A stretch of DNA of 64,000 bases from an uncultured Candidatus Actinomarina sp. (GCA_902535055.1 CACASI010000001.1:53427-117426); one strand, 5' to 3'. Shown: positions 40,973 through 50,053, counted from the stretch's first letter. The notes: generated by a model from the sequence alone, not told the origin. Numbers and translations are program-made.

Positions 40973-42124
40973 TTAAGAATTAAAAAGACTTGTTATAACT
41001 ATGCTCACATATTCTGCGAAGATAGGTTTTGCGTCATTCCATGAAATATCGTAAATAGTCTCGAAAGCTTCTTCAAACACTTTACCTGTTGCCATTATGG
41101 AATACATATGCATAGCAGAATCAGCACCAGACATAGCATTCATAGCTTCAACAGTTAGGTAACCAATTGAGTACCCAAGTACATAATCAGGATTTTTAAT
41201 ACAAAGACCAGGAATACTTTTATTGTAATAATCTAAAACTGTAGAAGCTGAGTAGTCATTAAATGGAGCTTGAATATGCCTAACCCTAACTTGTGCTGAT
41301 CTCATATCTAAATATTCTTCATATGTTTCAACTCCAAGAGATAATCCAGCTGCATGAGCAATTCCTTCATTTAACCAACAAGGTGAGGCATCGTTTGCAC
41401 TCTGTTGTGGATTTCTAGCATTACTAATCCACTGAGATGCAACAACTGAATGTGTTACTTCATGTATATGAAGTGGTCCATATCTATAGTCATCAATTGA
41501 ATCTGCACTATGAACACCAAATACGCCTACTCCAAAATGAGGAGGTCTTTGATAGATACCTGAATTTGCTCCGCTACAAATACCATCACGACATGGAGCT
41601 CTTGCCATACCTCCTTCAAAACCAGTAGTAGTTAATTCACTTGTAGCCCAATCAAGGTCTCCATAGTTATAAAAAAATGCGTAATACTTTTCTGGAAGAT
41701 TAAAGTTTTGCCAAAAACTAATCCCTTTTTGAATATATTTTTCATTTTCTTGAAAATATAAATCGGTAGAAGGGCCGATATTTATTATGATTTCGAAAGA
41801 ATCATTTACGAAAATATTATTTTCTTTAGATATTCGCTGATAATCATTCCATGCATATTTTGGAACATTATTAATGTTTGATATCAATTCAGTGATTGTT
41901 ACATAATCGCAGTCATCACATTTATTTATTGGAATTGAAGTTGTAGTTGAATCCTGAATAGTTGTAGTAGTTTCTTGTGTAGTAGTAGTTGTTGTATCAT
42001 CAACAGTAGTAGTCGTAGACTCCGCAACTGTATCATTAGAAGAATCTTGAACAACGATGCTCTCACTTTCTGATCCCCCACAAGTAATTAATAAGAGAAA
42101 TAAGAATAATGAAGTTTGTTTCAT
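40973..42124 (-). CDS. secreted HExxH zinc metallopeptidase-like lipoprotein (gluzincin-like)
   Basis: 383 aa with a lipoprotein signal (LITCGGS) and a Thr-rich linker. It has HEVTH and a downstream WLNEGIAH motif (a candidate third zinc ligand Glu). It is a paralog of 48707..49855. Confidence 0.6.
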   Translation of the reverse strand: MKQTSLFLFLLLITCGGSESESIVVQDSSNDTVAESTTTTVDDTTTTTTQETTTTIQDSTTTSIPINKCDDCDYVTITELISNINNVPKYAWNDYQRISKENNIFVNDSFEIIINIGPSTDLYFQENEKYIQKGISFWQNFNLPEKYYAFFYNYGDLDWATSELTTTGFEGGMARAPCRDGICSGANSGIYQRPPHFGVGVFGVHSADSIDDYRYGPLHIHEVTHSVVASQWISNARNPQQSANDASPCWLNEGIAHAAGLSLGVETYEEYLDMRSAQVRVRHIQAPFNDYSASTVLDYYNKSIPGLCIKNPDYVLGYSIGYLTVEAMNAMSGADSAMHMYSIMATGKVFEEAFETIYDISWNDAKPIFAEYVSIVITSLFNS

Positions 42125-42127
42125 ATT

Positions 42128-42367
42128 TTATTTATTATACTCACCATTCTTGAATCTCTCGACAGGTGTAATATCTAGGTCTCTTTGAAACTGAACGTAA
42201 CTGACAATCTCTGGATTTTCAAATTCATATACAGTGTTATCTTTAGTAAATAAATTTGACATTACTCTTAAAAATCCATTTAAGTCTCCTGCAGTAATGT
42301 CTCCTTCTGATATTTTCTTGTCATAAGCATTAATTACTTTTGCTGCCAAATTATGCATTCTTGCCAT
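42128..42367 (-). CDS. hypothetical small protein
   Basis: 79 aa ORF in a different frame that overlaps the end of the amber-interrupted HTH ORF. No motif was seen. Confidence 0.25.
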   Translation of the reverse strand: MARMHNLAAKVINAYDKKISEGDITAGDLNGFLRVMSNLFTKDNTVYEFENPEIVSYVQFQRDLDITPVERFKNGEYNK

Positions 42368-42549
42368 AAGTGATTTTGATAAATATTTCTTATCTCATTG
42401 ATAAGAGCTTTACATTGTGGAGTTTGTTGTCTTCTGTAAACAGTAGATCTATTTAAACCTAATGCTTTACCAATCTGAGGATTTGATAAACCTTCAACGT
42501 GTAATTCAGCAATTCTATAATCCTAATTATCTAGCTTAATCTCTTTCAT
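42334..42549 (-). pseudogene. small HTH (sigma-70 region 4 / LuxR-like) gene interrupted by a single in-frame TAG
   Basis: The minus-strand frame reads MKEIKLDN-TAG-DYRIAELHVEGLSNPQIGKALGLNRSTVYRRQQTPQCKALINEIRNIYQNHLWQECIIWQQK. ELHVEGLSNPQIGKALGLNRSTVYRR is a typical sigma-70 r4 / resolvase-type HTH. Confidence 0.45.
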
Positions 42550-42607
42550 ATAGACAATTTTAACAGTTGAAATCGTCGTTGGTTTTAGGGGTATGTATGT
42601 GAAGAAA

Positions 42608-42643
42608 GATAAGAGGGTTCCCATCCTGGAGAAACCCCTTATC
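42608..42643. other. hairpin H1 of the structured ORF-free region
   Basis: GATAAG(A)GGGTT / AACCCCTTATC, an 11-bp stem with one bulge and a 13-nt loop. Confidence 0.5.
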
Positions 42644-42720
42644 TAAATAGCTATTTAAATTCCTCAAAATAGATAGCCGTTTAAATCTTAATCTTATGTC
42701 GTGTTAATGAAGAACAATAA

Positions 42721-42752
42721 AAAAAGAGGGATGACTTAACTATCCCTCTTTT
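42721..42752 (+). terminator. hairpin H2, terminator-like (A5-stem-loop-stem-T4)
   Basis: AGAGGGAT gacttaact ATCCCTCT, a perfect 8-bp stem flanked by AAAAA and TTTT. Confidence 0.5.
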
Positions 42753-42850
42753 ACAAGCTTCAAAATTCTGTCCGGAATTTAAAAGCTATAGCAATATATT
42801 AGACATTTATTCCTTGTTTATTGTGATTATTTATTAAACATTTAAAAAAT

Positions 42851-42878
42851 GAAAAGGGAACCGGCGAGTCCCCTTTTC
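42851..42878 (+). other. hairpin H3
   Basis: GAAAAGGG aaccggcgagtc CCCTTTTC, a perfect 8-bp stem with a GC-rich 12-nt loop. Confidence 0.45.
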
Positions 42879-42880
42879 GT

Positions 42881-42909
42881 GACAAAGTACTAGTGATAGA
42901 AACTTTGTC
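42881..42909. other. hairpin H4
   Basis: GACAAAGT actagtgatagaa ACTTTGTC, a perfect 8-bp stem immediately after H3. Confidence 0.45.
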
Positions 42910-42990
42910 TCTTGAAGTTTACTTATTAACCACTGTAAGATGATTAAATCTTATATTACTTTTACATCTTGTAATATTTGACTTAGAGAG

Positions 42991-43019
42991 AGGGAGTTCT
43001 CTGTCTGAACTCCCTTTTT
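42991..43019 (+). terminator. hairpin H5, intrinsic terminator oriented on the plus strand
   Basis: AGGGAGTTC tctgtct GAACTCCCT, a perfect 9-bp stem followed by TTTT on the plus strand. There is no plus-strand CDS upstream. Confidence 0.5.
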
Positions 43020-43048
43020 CGTAAAACACAAATGTTTTAAAAGACTAA

Positions 43049-43375
43049 TTATCTTTTAATAAACTTACCTTCTTTATCAGTAAATTTTCCTATAACTATC
43101 ATTATTAAATCAAGGAGGACCCATAAACCAAGACCGCCAAGTGTAATAATTTGTAAAAAACCAGTCCCCATTTTCCCAACATAAAATCTATGTATACCCA
43201 AAAAACCAGCAAAAAAACATAACAACAAAGTAACAAGCCATGTGTTGTCAGTTGTTAATCCTGTTGACTCATTGTTATTTAAGAGCTGTTCTTTCTTTTT
43301 ATCAAAGTCTTCCTGTGTGATTACACGATCATCTAAAAGCTTCTTGTATTTCGCTAGTTCTTCGGCATTACTCAT
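43049..43375 (-). CDS. TM2-domain membrane protein with an N-terminal SHOCT domain
   Basis: 108 aa. The N-terminal ELAKYKKLLDDRVITQEDFDKKKEQLL matches SHOCT. The C-terminal GFLGIHRFYVGKMGTGFLQIITLGGLGLWVLLDLIMI matches the TM2 domain. Confidence 0.7.
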   Translation of the reverse strand: MSNAEELAKYKKLLDDRVITQEDFDKKKEQLLNNNESTGLTTDNTWLVTLLLCFFAGFLGIHRFYVGKMGTGFLQIITLGGLGLWVLLDLIMIVIGKFTDKEGKFIKR

Positions 43376-43454
43376 AAAAATATGATATCAAAAACAAATA
43401 AGGTGTGTGGTCAGAACTTGGTTATTGTCATTGTGAATTTTTAAAACAAAATGA

Positions 43455-45479
43455 TTAGTCAATGAGACCAGTAGCTGATTTGATCTTAAGTACCCAATTA
43501 TGAGCATCCGAACCAAAATCTATAGTATTTCCACCAACAGTACTAAAGTTCGTAGTACCCGAAATTTGACCTACTGTAATAATAAAATCATTGGAATCAA
43601 TAACAATATCTTGCGCCTTATCATATGTATCCATGCCTGAACCGCCACCAAATGTTTTTGACCATTGAAAAGTACCAGAGGAATCATGCTTTACAATGTA
43701 AGCATCATTATTACTCCCAGATGCTACATCCTGCCCTCCTAAATTATAATTACCCCCAATTTGACCGACACTATAGACATTTCCATCATCGTCAATAGCT
43801 ACAGCTGTTCCAAACGCTTGACCAGCTGCTCCATTATCACGAGCAAATCTTTTAACCCATTGAAATGCTAAAGAGGAGTTAAGTTTAAGTAGATATATAT
43901 CCTTACCAGATGAGGTTATATTGCCACCTCCAAAATTTACTGTATTTTGAAATGTGCCAGTAGCGTAAATATTTCCAGAGGAATCAACAGATATTCCCTT
44001 TGCCTTTTGTGTAGTATCGATATTCGACGTATAGGTACTTTGAGTTGAGTTATAAGTATCAATTTTATGAATAAATAAATCGTTGGAATTCGCTGCAGTA
44101 TAAGTGTTATTTCCAAATTTAACAGTACCTGAAAAGCTTCCTGTCAAGTATGTAATATTATTCGAGTCAATTGCCAAGGCTCTTGCATCTGCACTTCCAG
44201 TATTCTCTGTTCTCCAAACAGACTGCCAAATTCCAGAGGAATTAAGTCTTATTAAGAAAACATCATAGTCATTCGATGTATAATTCACTACACCACCACC
44301 ATCACCACTATCGAAGTTAACAGTGCCACGAAAAGTACCGAGCATAATTGCATTGTCATTGCTATCAACAACTACATCTCTCCCAAGGTCGTTTCCAGTA
44401 CTTCCACCATATGACTTAACCCATTGAAAAGTTCCAGATGAATTAAGTTTGAGAATAAAAGCATCAAAACTGCCATTTGATGTTACATTTCCTCCACCAA
44501 AATCAACTGTATTCTGATAGTATCCAGCAACATAGATATTACCTGAGGAATCAAGCGCTATTTTTCTACCCCTGTCACGACCTGTACCTCCAGCGGTATA
44601 AACCCATTGGACCACTCCAGAGGAATTAAGTTTTACAACAAAAATATCTTGCGTAGTGCCTGAAGTAACACTGGCCCCAAACACATTTGTACCTGAGGAA
44701 GTACCGGTTATATAAATATTATCTGAGGAGTCAACAGCAACTCCCGCATTATCAGTTTCAATTCCACTGCCACCGAACGTTACTAGAAAACCAGAACTGG
44801 AACCTCCTGATCTGCCTTGACCACCTCCACCTCCACCTGAACTACCATCTCCACCGGAACTATTAGTTGATATACAGGGATCAGATTGAGGAATAGTAAA
44901 TGTTTGGCTCTGAGAGGAATTCCCTGCATCATCGAAAGCGATTACATATATAAGTTGATCAGCACAAGCCATATCATATTTTGGAGTTACTAGTAATCGA
45001 GTGTCAGAAATGGTTACATACGTTGATAAAGCACCATTGACATAAACCTCATAAGAGACAACCCCGACATTATCAGTAACTGATGGAATATTGAGGTTAA
45101 ATAGAGAACCAATCTCTGAAGCATAGGGTGAGGAATCAACATCCCATACTGGAGATACTGTATCAAGACTTAATGGACTAGTACTTGATGTTGGCTGAAG
45201 AGTCGTATTTAGAGAAGATAAATATGAACTCTCTCCGAGTAAAAGCTTTGAAAATGTTTCGTCACCAACCATTCCATCAACAACAAGTCCTGCCTTTTCT
45301 TGAAATGTTTTTATAGCTTCTTGGGTGTTTTTATCATTAATGCCTGTTGTAAAATTCAGATAACCCAAATCTATAAGTTTTTCCTGAATATAAGTTGTAT
45401 AAGGATCTTTTTCCTGAGGATGTGAAATATTAGCTAATGGCAATATTGAAATAAGAGCGGTAATTAAAATTTTTTCCAC
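43455..45479 (-). CDS. cell-surface protein with an N-terminal peptidoglycan-binding domain and six SBBP-type beta-propeller repeats
   Basis: 674 aa with a signal peptide and a PG_binding_1 repeat (LIDLGYLN...AIKTFQEKAGLVVDGMVGDETF). It has a Gly-rich linker (SSGGDGSSGGGGGGQG). Six repeats follow, of the form SSGTFQWVK..GG...D.G..V.VDSSGN.Y..G.F.GTVNFGGG. Confidence 0.6.
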   Translation of the reverse strand: MEKILITALISILPLANISHPQEKDPYTTYIQEKLIDLGYLNFTTGINDKNTQEAIKTFQEKAGLVVDGMVGDETFSKLLLGESSYLSSLNTTLQPTSSTSPLSLDTVSPVWDVDSSPYASEIGSLFNLNIPSVTDNVGVVSYEVYVNGALSTYVTISDTRLLVTPKYDMACADQLIYVIAFDDAGNSSQSQTFTIPQSDPCISTNSSGGDGSSGGGGGGQGRSGGSSSGFLVTFGGSGIETDNAGVAVDSSDNIYITGTSSGTNVFGASVTSGTTQDIFVVKLNSSGVVQWVYTAGGTGRDRGRKIALDSSGNIYVAGYYQNTVDFGGGNVTSNGSFDAFILKLNSSGTFQWVKSYGGSTGNDLGRDVVVDSNDNAIMLGTFRGTVNFDSGDGGGVVNYTSNDYDVFLIRLNSSGIWQSVWRTENTGSADARALAIDSNNITYLTGSFSGTVKFGNNTYTAANSNDLFIHKIDTYNSTQSTYTSNIDTTQKAKGISVDSSGNIYATGTFQNTVNFGGGNITSSGKDIYLLKLNSSLAFQWVKRFARDNGAAGQAFGTAVAIDDDGNVYSVGQIGGNYNLGGQDVASGSNNDAYIVKHDSSGTFQWSKTFGGGSGMDTYDKAQDIVIDSNDFIITVGQISGTTNFSTVGGNTIDFGSDAHNWVLKIKSATGLID

Positions 45480-45539
45480 TTCTAGATATTAGGCAAGAAA
45501 CTCTTCTAACCAAAATAATAATGCTGTTGGTAAATGGTT

Positions 45540-46754
45540 TTAGGGTAAATTAGTTAAGGACTTATATGCTTCATCTATAAGGCTTTGTCCTCTTTCATTG
45601 ATTAAATATTCTCCACCTAATTTGTTCACAAGATAACCAAAAGATAAATTACAGTCAGGATCTGAAAAAGTTGCACTACTTCCGCCAAAACCAACATGAC
45701 CAAACGCATTATTGCCGATCAAGAACGAGCCTCCCTCTCCTTCAAAGTTTCCTCTGTTGTCCATATTTAACATAAAACCTTCAGAGAAATTTGTTGGGAG
45801 GAGGAGCATGCTGTCTATGTTTGATCTCATATTGGATTTGCTTAGACGTTTGACGCCCTCTTTCGAAAGTAAACTTTCATCATTGTTAGCAAGTGGGGTC
45901 ATCATTGCAGCTAAAGATCTTGAATTAGTAATACCACCAACTCCACCTAATTCAGATCTATAAGTATCTGTAGAGTTATAGTCGTATCCCCCAGTATTAG
46001 TAAGTGACAATCTTTGCATTGAAGAAAGATCATTTCTAAATGCATCTGCGAATTTACTTGGTTTATCTGATGGGCTTGATGAAAAAGGTGTTACTTTTGC
46101 AACTTTATGATCATGAGTTTCAGGCAATCCAATCCAATAATCAAGGTTTAAAGGTTCAGCAATTTCTTCTTTAAAAAATTGACCAAGAGATTTTCCAGAA
46201 ATTCTTCTAATTAATTCACCAATTAACCATCCCGTTGTCATCATGTGATAACCTGTCTCTTCACCAGGTGTCCAAAATGGTTCTTCATTTTCTAATAGTT
46301 CAACTACATAGTTCCAATCTAAAAATCCACCATCTTCGACATAAGTTTTAAGAGCGGGTAATCCAGCGGAGTGATTTAAAATCATCTCTACTGTCGTGTC
46401 GTGTTTTCCATTCTTTCCGTATTCAGGCCAATATTTAGTTACTTTATCTTGAACGTTAAGAAGACCTCTATCAATTAGGAGATGAGCACATAATGCAACG
46501 GCAGCTTTTGTACATGAAAATGCAACAGATAATGTATTCTCATTCCATTCTTCATTCTTTTGCTGTGTTGTATGCCCAGCAAATATATCGACGGTTATTT
46601 CTTCATCTACTATTACGGATAGAGATGAACCTATTTCGTTATATTTATCAAAATTGATAGCAAATGTTTCTGCTACATTCTGAAAATCTTTGTGACAAGT
46701 TCCCCTAATTGGTAATGATGATTGATATTTAGTCTCAACTATATTTTGACTCAT
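45540..46754 (-). CDS. beta-lactamase-family serine hydrolase (class C / EstB-like)
   Basis: 404 aa with the SxxK motif (FSCTKA) near the N-terminus. The length and pattern are typical of class C beta-lactamase or esterase proteins. Confidence 0.75.
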   Translation of the reverse strand: MSQNIVETKYQSSLPIRGTCHKDFQNVAETFAINFDKYNEIGSSLSVIVDEEITVDIFAGHTTQQKNEEWNENTLSVAFSCTKAAVALCAHLLIDRGLLNVQDKVTKYWPEYGKNGKHDTTVEMILNHSAGLPALKTYVEDGGFLDWNYVVELLENEEPFWTPGEETGYHMMTTGWLIGELIRRISGKSLGQFFKEEIAEPLNLDYWIGLPETHDHKVAKVTPFSSSPSDKPSKFADAFRNDLSSMQRLSLTNTGGYDYNSTDTYRSELGGVGGITNSRSLAAMMTPLANNDESLLSKEGVKRLSKSNMRSNIDSMLLLPTNFSEGFMLNMDNRGNFEGEGGSFLIGNNAFGHVGFGGSSATFSDPDCNLSFGYLVNKLGGEYLINERGQSLIDEAYKSLTNLP

Positions 46755-46780
46755 ATTTTTAAAATGTATATTTTCTTTTC

Positions 46781-47653
46781 TTATTTAAATATTTTCATCA
46801 TCAATACAGGTGTATTTGCTTTGTACTCTTGATAATCAGATAACTCACCATATCGTTCATCAGCAATACGCTCTAACATAGGAACTCCTTCTGCTTTTCT
46901 CAAGAGTAAGTAAACAAACAGTGGAGATACTACTGCTGTGACATATTCAATACCAGATAAAGAACTAAGAGATATTACAGCCATACCTACCCAAAGCGTT
47001 ATCTCACCAAAATAGTTTGGATGACGAGATCTTGCCCAGAGACCAGTTGATATAAACTCTGTTTTAGGATCTGAAGTCTCCCTAAATTTTCTCTTTTGAT
47101 AATCTGATATAACTTCAATTAAAAATCCCGACCACCATAAAAATATTCCAATAAAAGCAAGAGCTTCTAATTCAGCTTCAACGGGAGAAAGAATAGCAAG
47201 TATAGAAGCCCCAGCTGAAAAGACTACCCATGCAGCTTGACCCATCCAATATTGAAGAAACCAAAAGAATTTTTTCTTCGCTTTATCAAATCTCTCATCC
47301 TTGCCGTCTTTGTTAATTCTCCTAAATAGAAATATTCCAAGCCTTCCAGCCCAGACTATGACATAGAGATAAAGTATCGTATCAATTGTTGATGGGTTAT
47401 CTAGGGAGAAATACGCAATACTTGTTACTGATATATAAGTGAGACTTCCTGTAAGATCATAAAATTTCTCGGTCTGAAATAAGAATGATGGAAGAAATAT
47501 TAAAAATTGAATCAAGACTGCCATAGATATCAAAAATTTAAATGAATTGAAACCAAGAATCTCTGTTTCAATATTGTTTGCAGTAAAGCTATACAAATAT
47601 ATTGCAAGCAAAGTTAAAGATACGTTTATGATATTTTGTGTTTGTTTAACCAT
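46781..47653 (-). CDS. DUF1295 / steroid 5-alpha-reductase-like membrane protein
   Basis: 290 aa polytopic protein with the C-terminal motif GLWARSRHPNYFGE that is diagnostic of this family. Confidence 0.65.
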   Translation of the reverse strand: MVKQTQNIINVSLTLLAIYLYSFTANNIETEILGFNSFKFLISMAVLIQFLIFLPSFLFQTEKFYDLTGSLTYISVTSIAYFSLDNPSTIDTILYLYVIVWAGRLGIFLFRRINKDGKDERFDKAKKKFFWFLQYWMGQAAWVVFSAGASILAILSPVEAELEALAFIGIFLWWSGFLIEVISDYQKRKFRETSDPKTEFISTGLWARSRHPNYFGEITLWVGMAVISLSSLSGIEYVTAVVSPLFVYLLLRKAEGVPMLERIADERYGELSDYQEYKANTPVLMMKIFK

Positions 47654-47654
47654 T

Positions 47655-48029
47655 ATGAATTATTATAAGCAGATGGATGATTACATTATTAAAAGATTCG
47701 AAAACCCTGATGAGGTCAGAGAGTTTGATAAAGGGAAATATGAGGTAGTCAACTTACCACATATGACCATAGGCAAAGCAACATACCATAAAGGATGGAA
47801 ATGGTCTGATGACGTCTCTCCCCTTTCTGGTACAGAATTTTGTGAGACTGAGCATCTAGGTATGGTTATTAGTGGTAATGCCACTGTTGCATTTGAAAAT
47901 GAAGAGCCAAAAGTTATTGGCCCTGGAGATATATTCTACGTATCAAATACACCCCACGACAGTTGGGTTGTTGGAGATGAAGACTATGTATCCATTCATT
48001 TTATGGGTGCAGAAAAATATGCTGATTAA
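47655..48029 (+). CDS. cupin-domain protein
   Basis: The cupin_2-like core is GMVISGNATVAF...GPGDIFYV..TPHD...V. The start was moved to the internal ATG (MNYYKQ) to avoid overlapping the convergent gene. Confidence 0.55.
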   Translation: MNYYKQMDDYIIKRFENPDEVREFDKGKYEVVNLPHMTIGKATYHKGWKWSDDVSPLSGTEFCETEHLGMVISGNATVAFENEEPKVIGPGDIFYVSNTPHDSWVVGDEDYVSIHFMGAEKYAD

Positions 48030-48092
48030 CCATAAGTCAAAATAATAGATAGATCCGTCATCACGTAGAACATTTAATTAGACTCGACTTAT

Positions 48093-48680
48093 ATGATTAA
48101 AAAATATTTATTTATACCCTTAGTTTTGCTTATTTCATTATGTGGTGGTGAAGCTGATAATGCTGAGGTTGTAGAGACAACTGAGAATACTGTAAATACT
48201 AATGTTGAGCAACCAACTGTAGATCTATTAGTTTCTGTTCAAGATAATGATTTAAATACTGTTAATCAACATATTGCTTATGGATCAGATCTAAACGTAC
48301 AAGATGGAACGTTTTCAAATACTCCCCTAAATTTTGCAGGTATTTATGGATTAACAGAAATTGCTGAAGTTCTTGTTGATGCCGGCGCAGATCTAAACCT
48401 AGTAAACGCTGACAACTTTACTCCACTATGTAATGCAGCAGCTTGGGGGCATACAGATGTGGTCACTATACTTCTTGATGCAGGTGCTGATATATCAGCA
48501 AAGTGTTTTGAAACACAAATTGGACTTTCCGTAGCTGTAGCAATAGCTATCAGTGCTCCATATTCAGATTATATAAAAGCACTGTATGTCGATCATGGAG
48601 AAAAATATAATATTCCTTATGACGAAGCAAAAATTATTGCAGGTAGAGAAAAAGTTACAGAGCTGCTCAGTAGTAGGTAA
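48093..48680 (+). CDS. ankyrin-repeat lipoprotein
   Basis: 195 aa with a lipoprotein signal (LISLCGG) and at least three ANK repeats (TPLNFAGIYGLTEIAEVLVDAGADLNL, TPLCNAAAWGHTDVVTILLDAGADIS). Confidence 0.75.
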   Translation: MIKKYLFIPLVLLISLCGGEADNAEVVETTENTVNTNVEQPTVDLLVSVQDNDLNTVNQHIAYGSDLNVQDGTFSNTPLNFAGIYGLTEIAEVLVDAGADLNLVNADNFTPLCNAAAWGHTDVVTILLDAGADISAKCFETQIGLSVAVAIAISAPYSDYIKALYVDHGEKYNIPYDEAKIIAGREKVTELLSSR

Positions 48681-48706
48681 ATATGTTCAAAATTAAATTT
48701 GAAAAT

Positions 48707-49855
48707 TTATTTTGATAATAAAATTGCCATTATCTGATCTTCAGGAAGGTCTAAAAATTCATAAAATTCATTAAGGTAAGTCTTGTAATCTTTTTCAAAT
48801 TGTATTTCAAATGATTTTTCAAACCCAAATTCTTCATACAAAGAATAAATATCCAAGATTTTATCTTCTCCGTGTTCGTTTACAAGATAAGCTATAAACC
48901 AAGCTCCAATTTCATAAGCAATTTGTTTATCGACAGGTTCAGGATTTCCACTAAATGTTATATTATTTAGTTTTACACCAGATTCTTTAAAAATCTCTAA
49001 TCTACTTTTATTACCATATCTGTCTTTTTCACACAGTAATGCACAATACATTTGATCCTTAAACCAACTCATGTCATTGATTGTCCTTGCATAATCTATG
49101 TAACTGAAATAAACAGCCGCACCTTCGTTCCACCATGGAACATCGTCTTCAGGATTATCTCCCGAAAATCTACCATTGAGCATTCTTTGCCCGTCGTAAC
49201 TATCAGTTGAATAATGCGAAGTTTGAAATATGTGAAACATTTCATGTAATGTAACATATCCCATCGATGATGCATGTTGAGGCAAGTCGTGTGTCCTGCT
49301 AATGAATAAATTGTATCCATCTCTTTGAGGTATGCTGCTTATTGCAGAACCAGCAACACCACCATTAGGCTCAACAAATAAACCATTACGTTCATATTCT
49401 TCCCTCGAATCTTCATTATCACCACATCTACTACTGTCATAACCGTCCTGTATAAATAGTTTTTTGTGCTCTTCTTCTAAAAATTCACAATAAACAGGTT
49501 CTAGTGCCAGTGCAGATTCTGGATTGTTTTTGTCAAGTTGTACAAGGTAAATAGGATATAAATTTTCAATAACTACATTCGGTTGACTAAAGTATAGTTC
49601 TTCCGATATTGCAACCCACTCTTTTAACATTTCTTGATGGTCATTTGAAACTGATTCTGCAATAAAATATATAATTTTACGATTATCAAGAGAAGAGGTT
49701 GTAGAATTTTCTTCATCATTAGGCGTTACAGAAGTAGACTCATTTGAAATTTCTTCATCCGGTAAAATTGTTTCATCAGATATATTAGAACTATCAGAAT
49801 CCAAACTACAAAATGTGACTGTTAAAGAAAAGATGAGAATAAAATAATTTTTCAT
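48707..49855 (-). CDS. secreted HExxH zinc metallopeptidase-like lipoprotein, paralog of 40973..42124
   Basis: 382 aa with a signal and Cys (TFCSLD) and an acidic Ser/Thr linker. It has HEMFH and a downstream WWNEGAAV motif that aligns with HEVTH...WLNEGIAH of the paralog. Confidence 0.55.
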   Translation of the reverse strand: MKNYFILIFSLTVTFCSLDSDSSNISDETILPDEEISNESTSVTPNDEENSTTSSLDNRKIIYFIAESVSNDHQEMLKEWVAISEELYFSQPNVVIENLYPIYLVQLDKNNPESALALEPVYCEFLEEEHKKLFIQDGYDSSRCGDNEDSREEYERNGLFVEPNGGVAGSAISSIPQRDGYNLFISRTHDLPQHASSMGYVTLHEMFHIFQTSHYSTDSYDGQRMLNGRFSGDNPEDDVPWWNEGAAVYFSYIDYARTINDMSWFKDQMYCALLCEKDRYGNKSRLEIFKESGVKLNNITFSGNPEPVDKQIAYEIGAWFIAYLVNEHGEDKILDIYSLYEEFGFEKSFEIQFEKDYKTYLNEFYEFLDLPEDQIMAILLSK

Positions 49856-49871
49856 AAATTAATAATAATCT

Positions 49872-49921
49872 TCAAAATAAATTTGTGGGAGATACAAGAT
49901 TTGAACTTGTGACATCTACCG
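49872..49921. repeat. distal direct repeat (attR-like): duplicated 3' 47 nt of tRNA-Val plus 3 nt of flank
   Basis: 49872..49921 is identical to 52847..52896 except for one mismatch (g versus t). It covers the T-arm, acceptor 3' strand and 3' anticodon-stem portion of the tRNA. Confidence 0.8.
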
Positions 49922-49980
49922 TGTCGAGGTAAATTTAAGTTCAATTATTTTAAGCTATATCAGATAATTTAATGAAATTT

Positions 49981-50016
49981 GTTTCCCATGTTTCCCATGT
50001 TTCCCATGTTTCCCAT
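49981..50016. repeat. perfect tandem repeat (GTTTCCCAT)x4
   Basis: It can be read directly in the sequence and is followed by the degenerate GTTTACC. The track ORF 49972..50193 (..SHVSHVSHVSHV..) is just this repeat translated. Confidence 0.9.
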
Positions 50017-50029
50017 GTTTACCAGAAAA

Positions 50030-50051
50030 ATGGTACACAAATGGTACACAA
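50030..50051. repeat. tandem 11-mer ATGGTACACAA x2 (iteron-like); a third copy lies at 52763..52773
   Basis: ATGGTACACAAATGGTACACAA is at the left end of the islet. ATGGTACACAA followed by the degenerate ACGACACACAA is at 52763..52785 near the right end, in the same orientation. Confidence 0.8.
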
Positions 50052-50053
50052 AA

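Noticed and set aside
42550-43048. tmRNA, RNase P RNA, SRP RNA or a CRISPR array in the hairpin-rich region
   Set aside because: No tRNA-like 3' end or tag ORF for tmRNA, no P4 (AGGAAAGUCCGG) or other RNase P consensus, and no SRP domain IV motif. The five stems all differ from one another, so it is not a repeat-spacer array.
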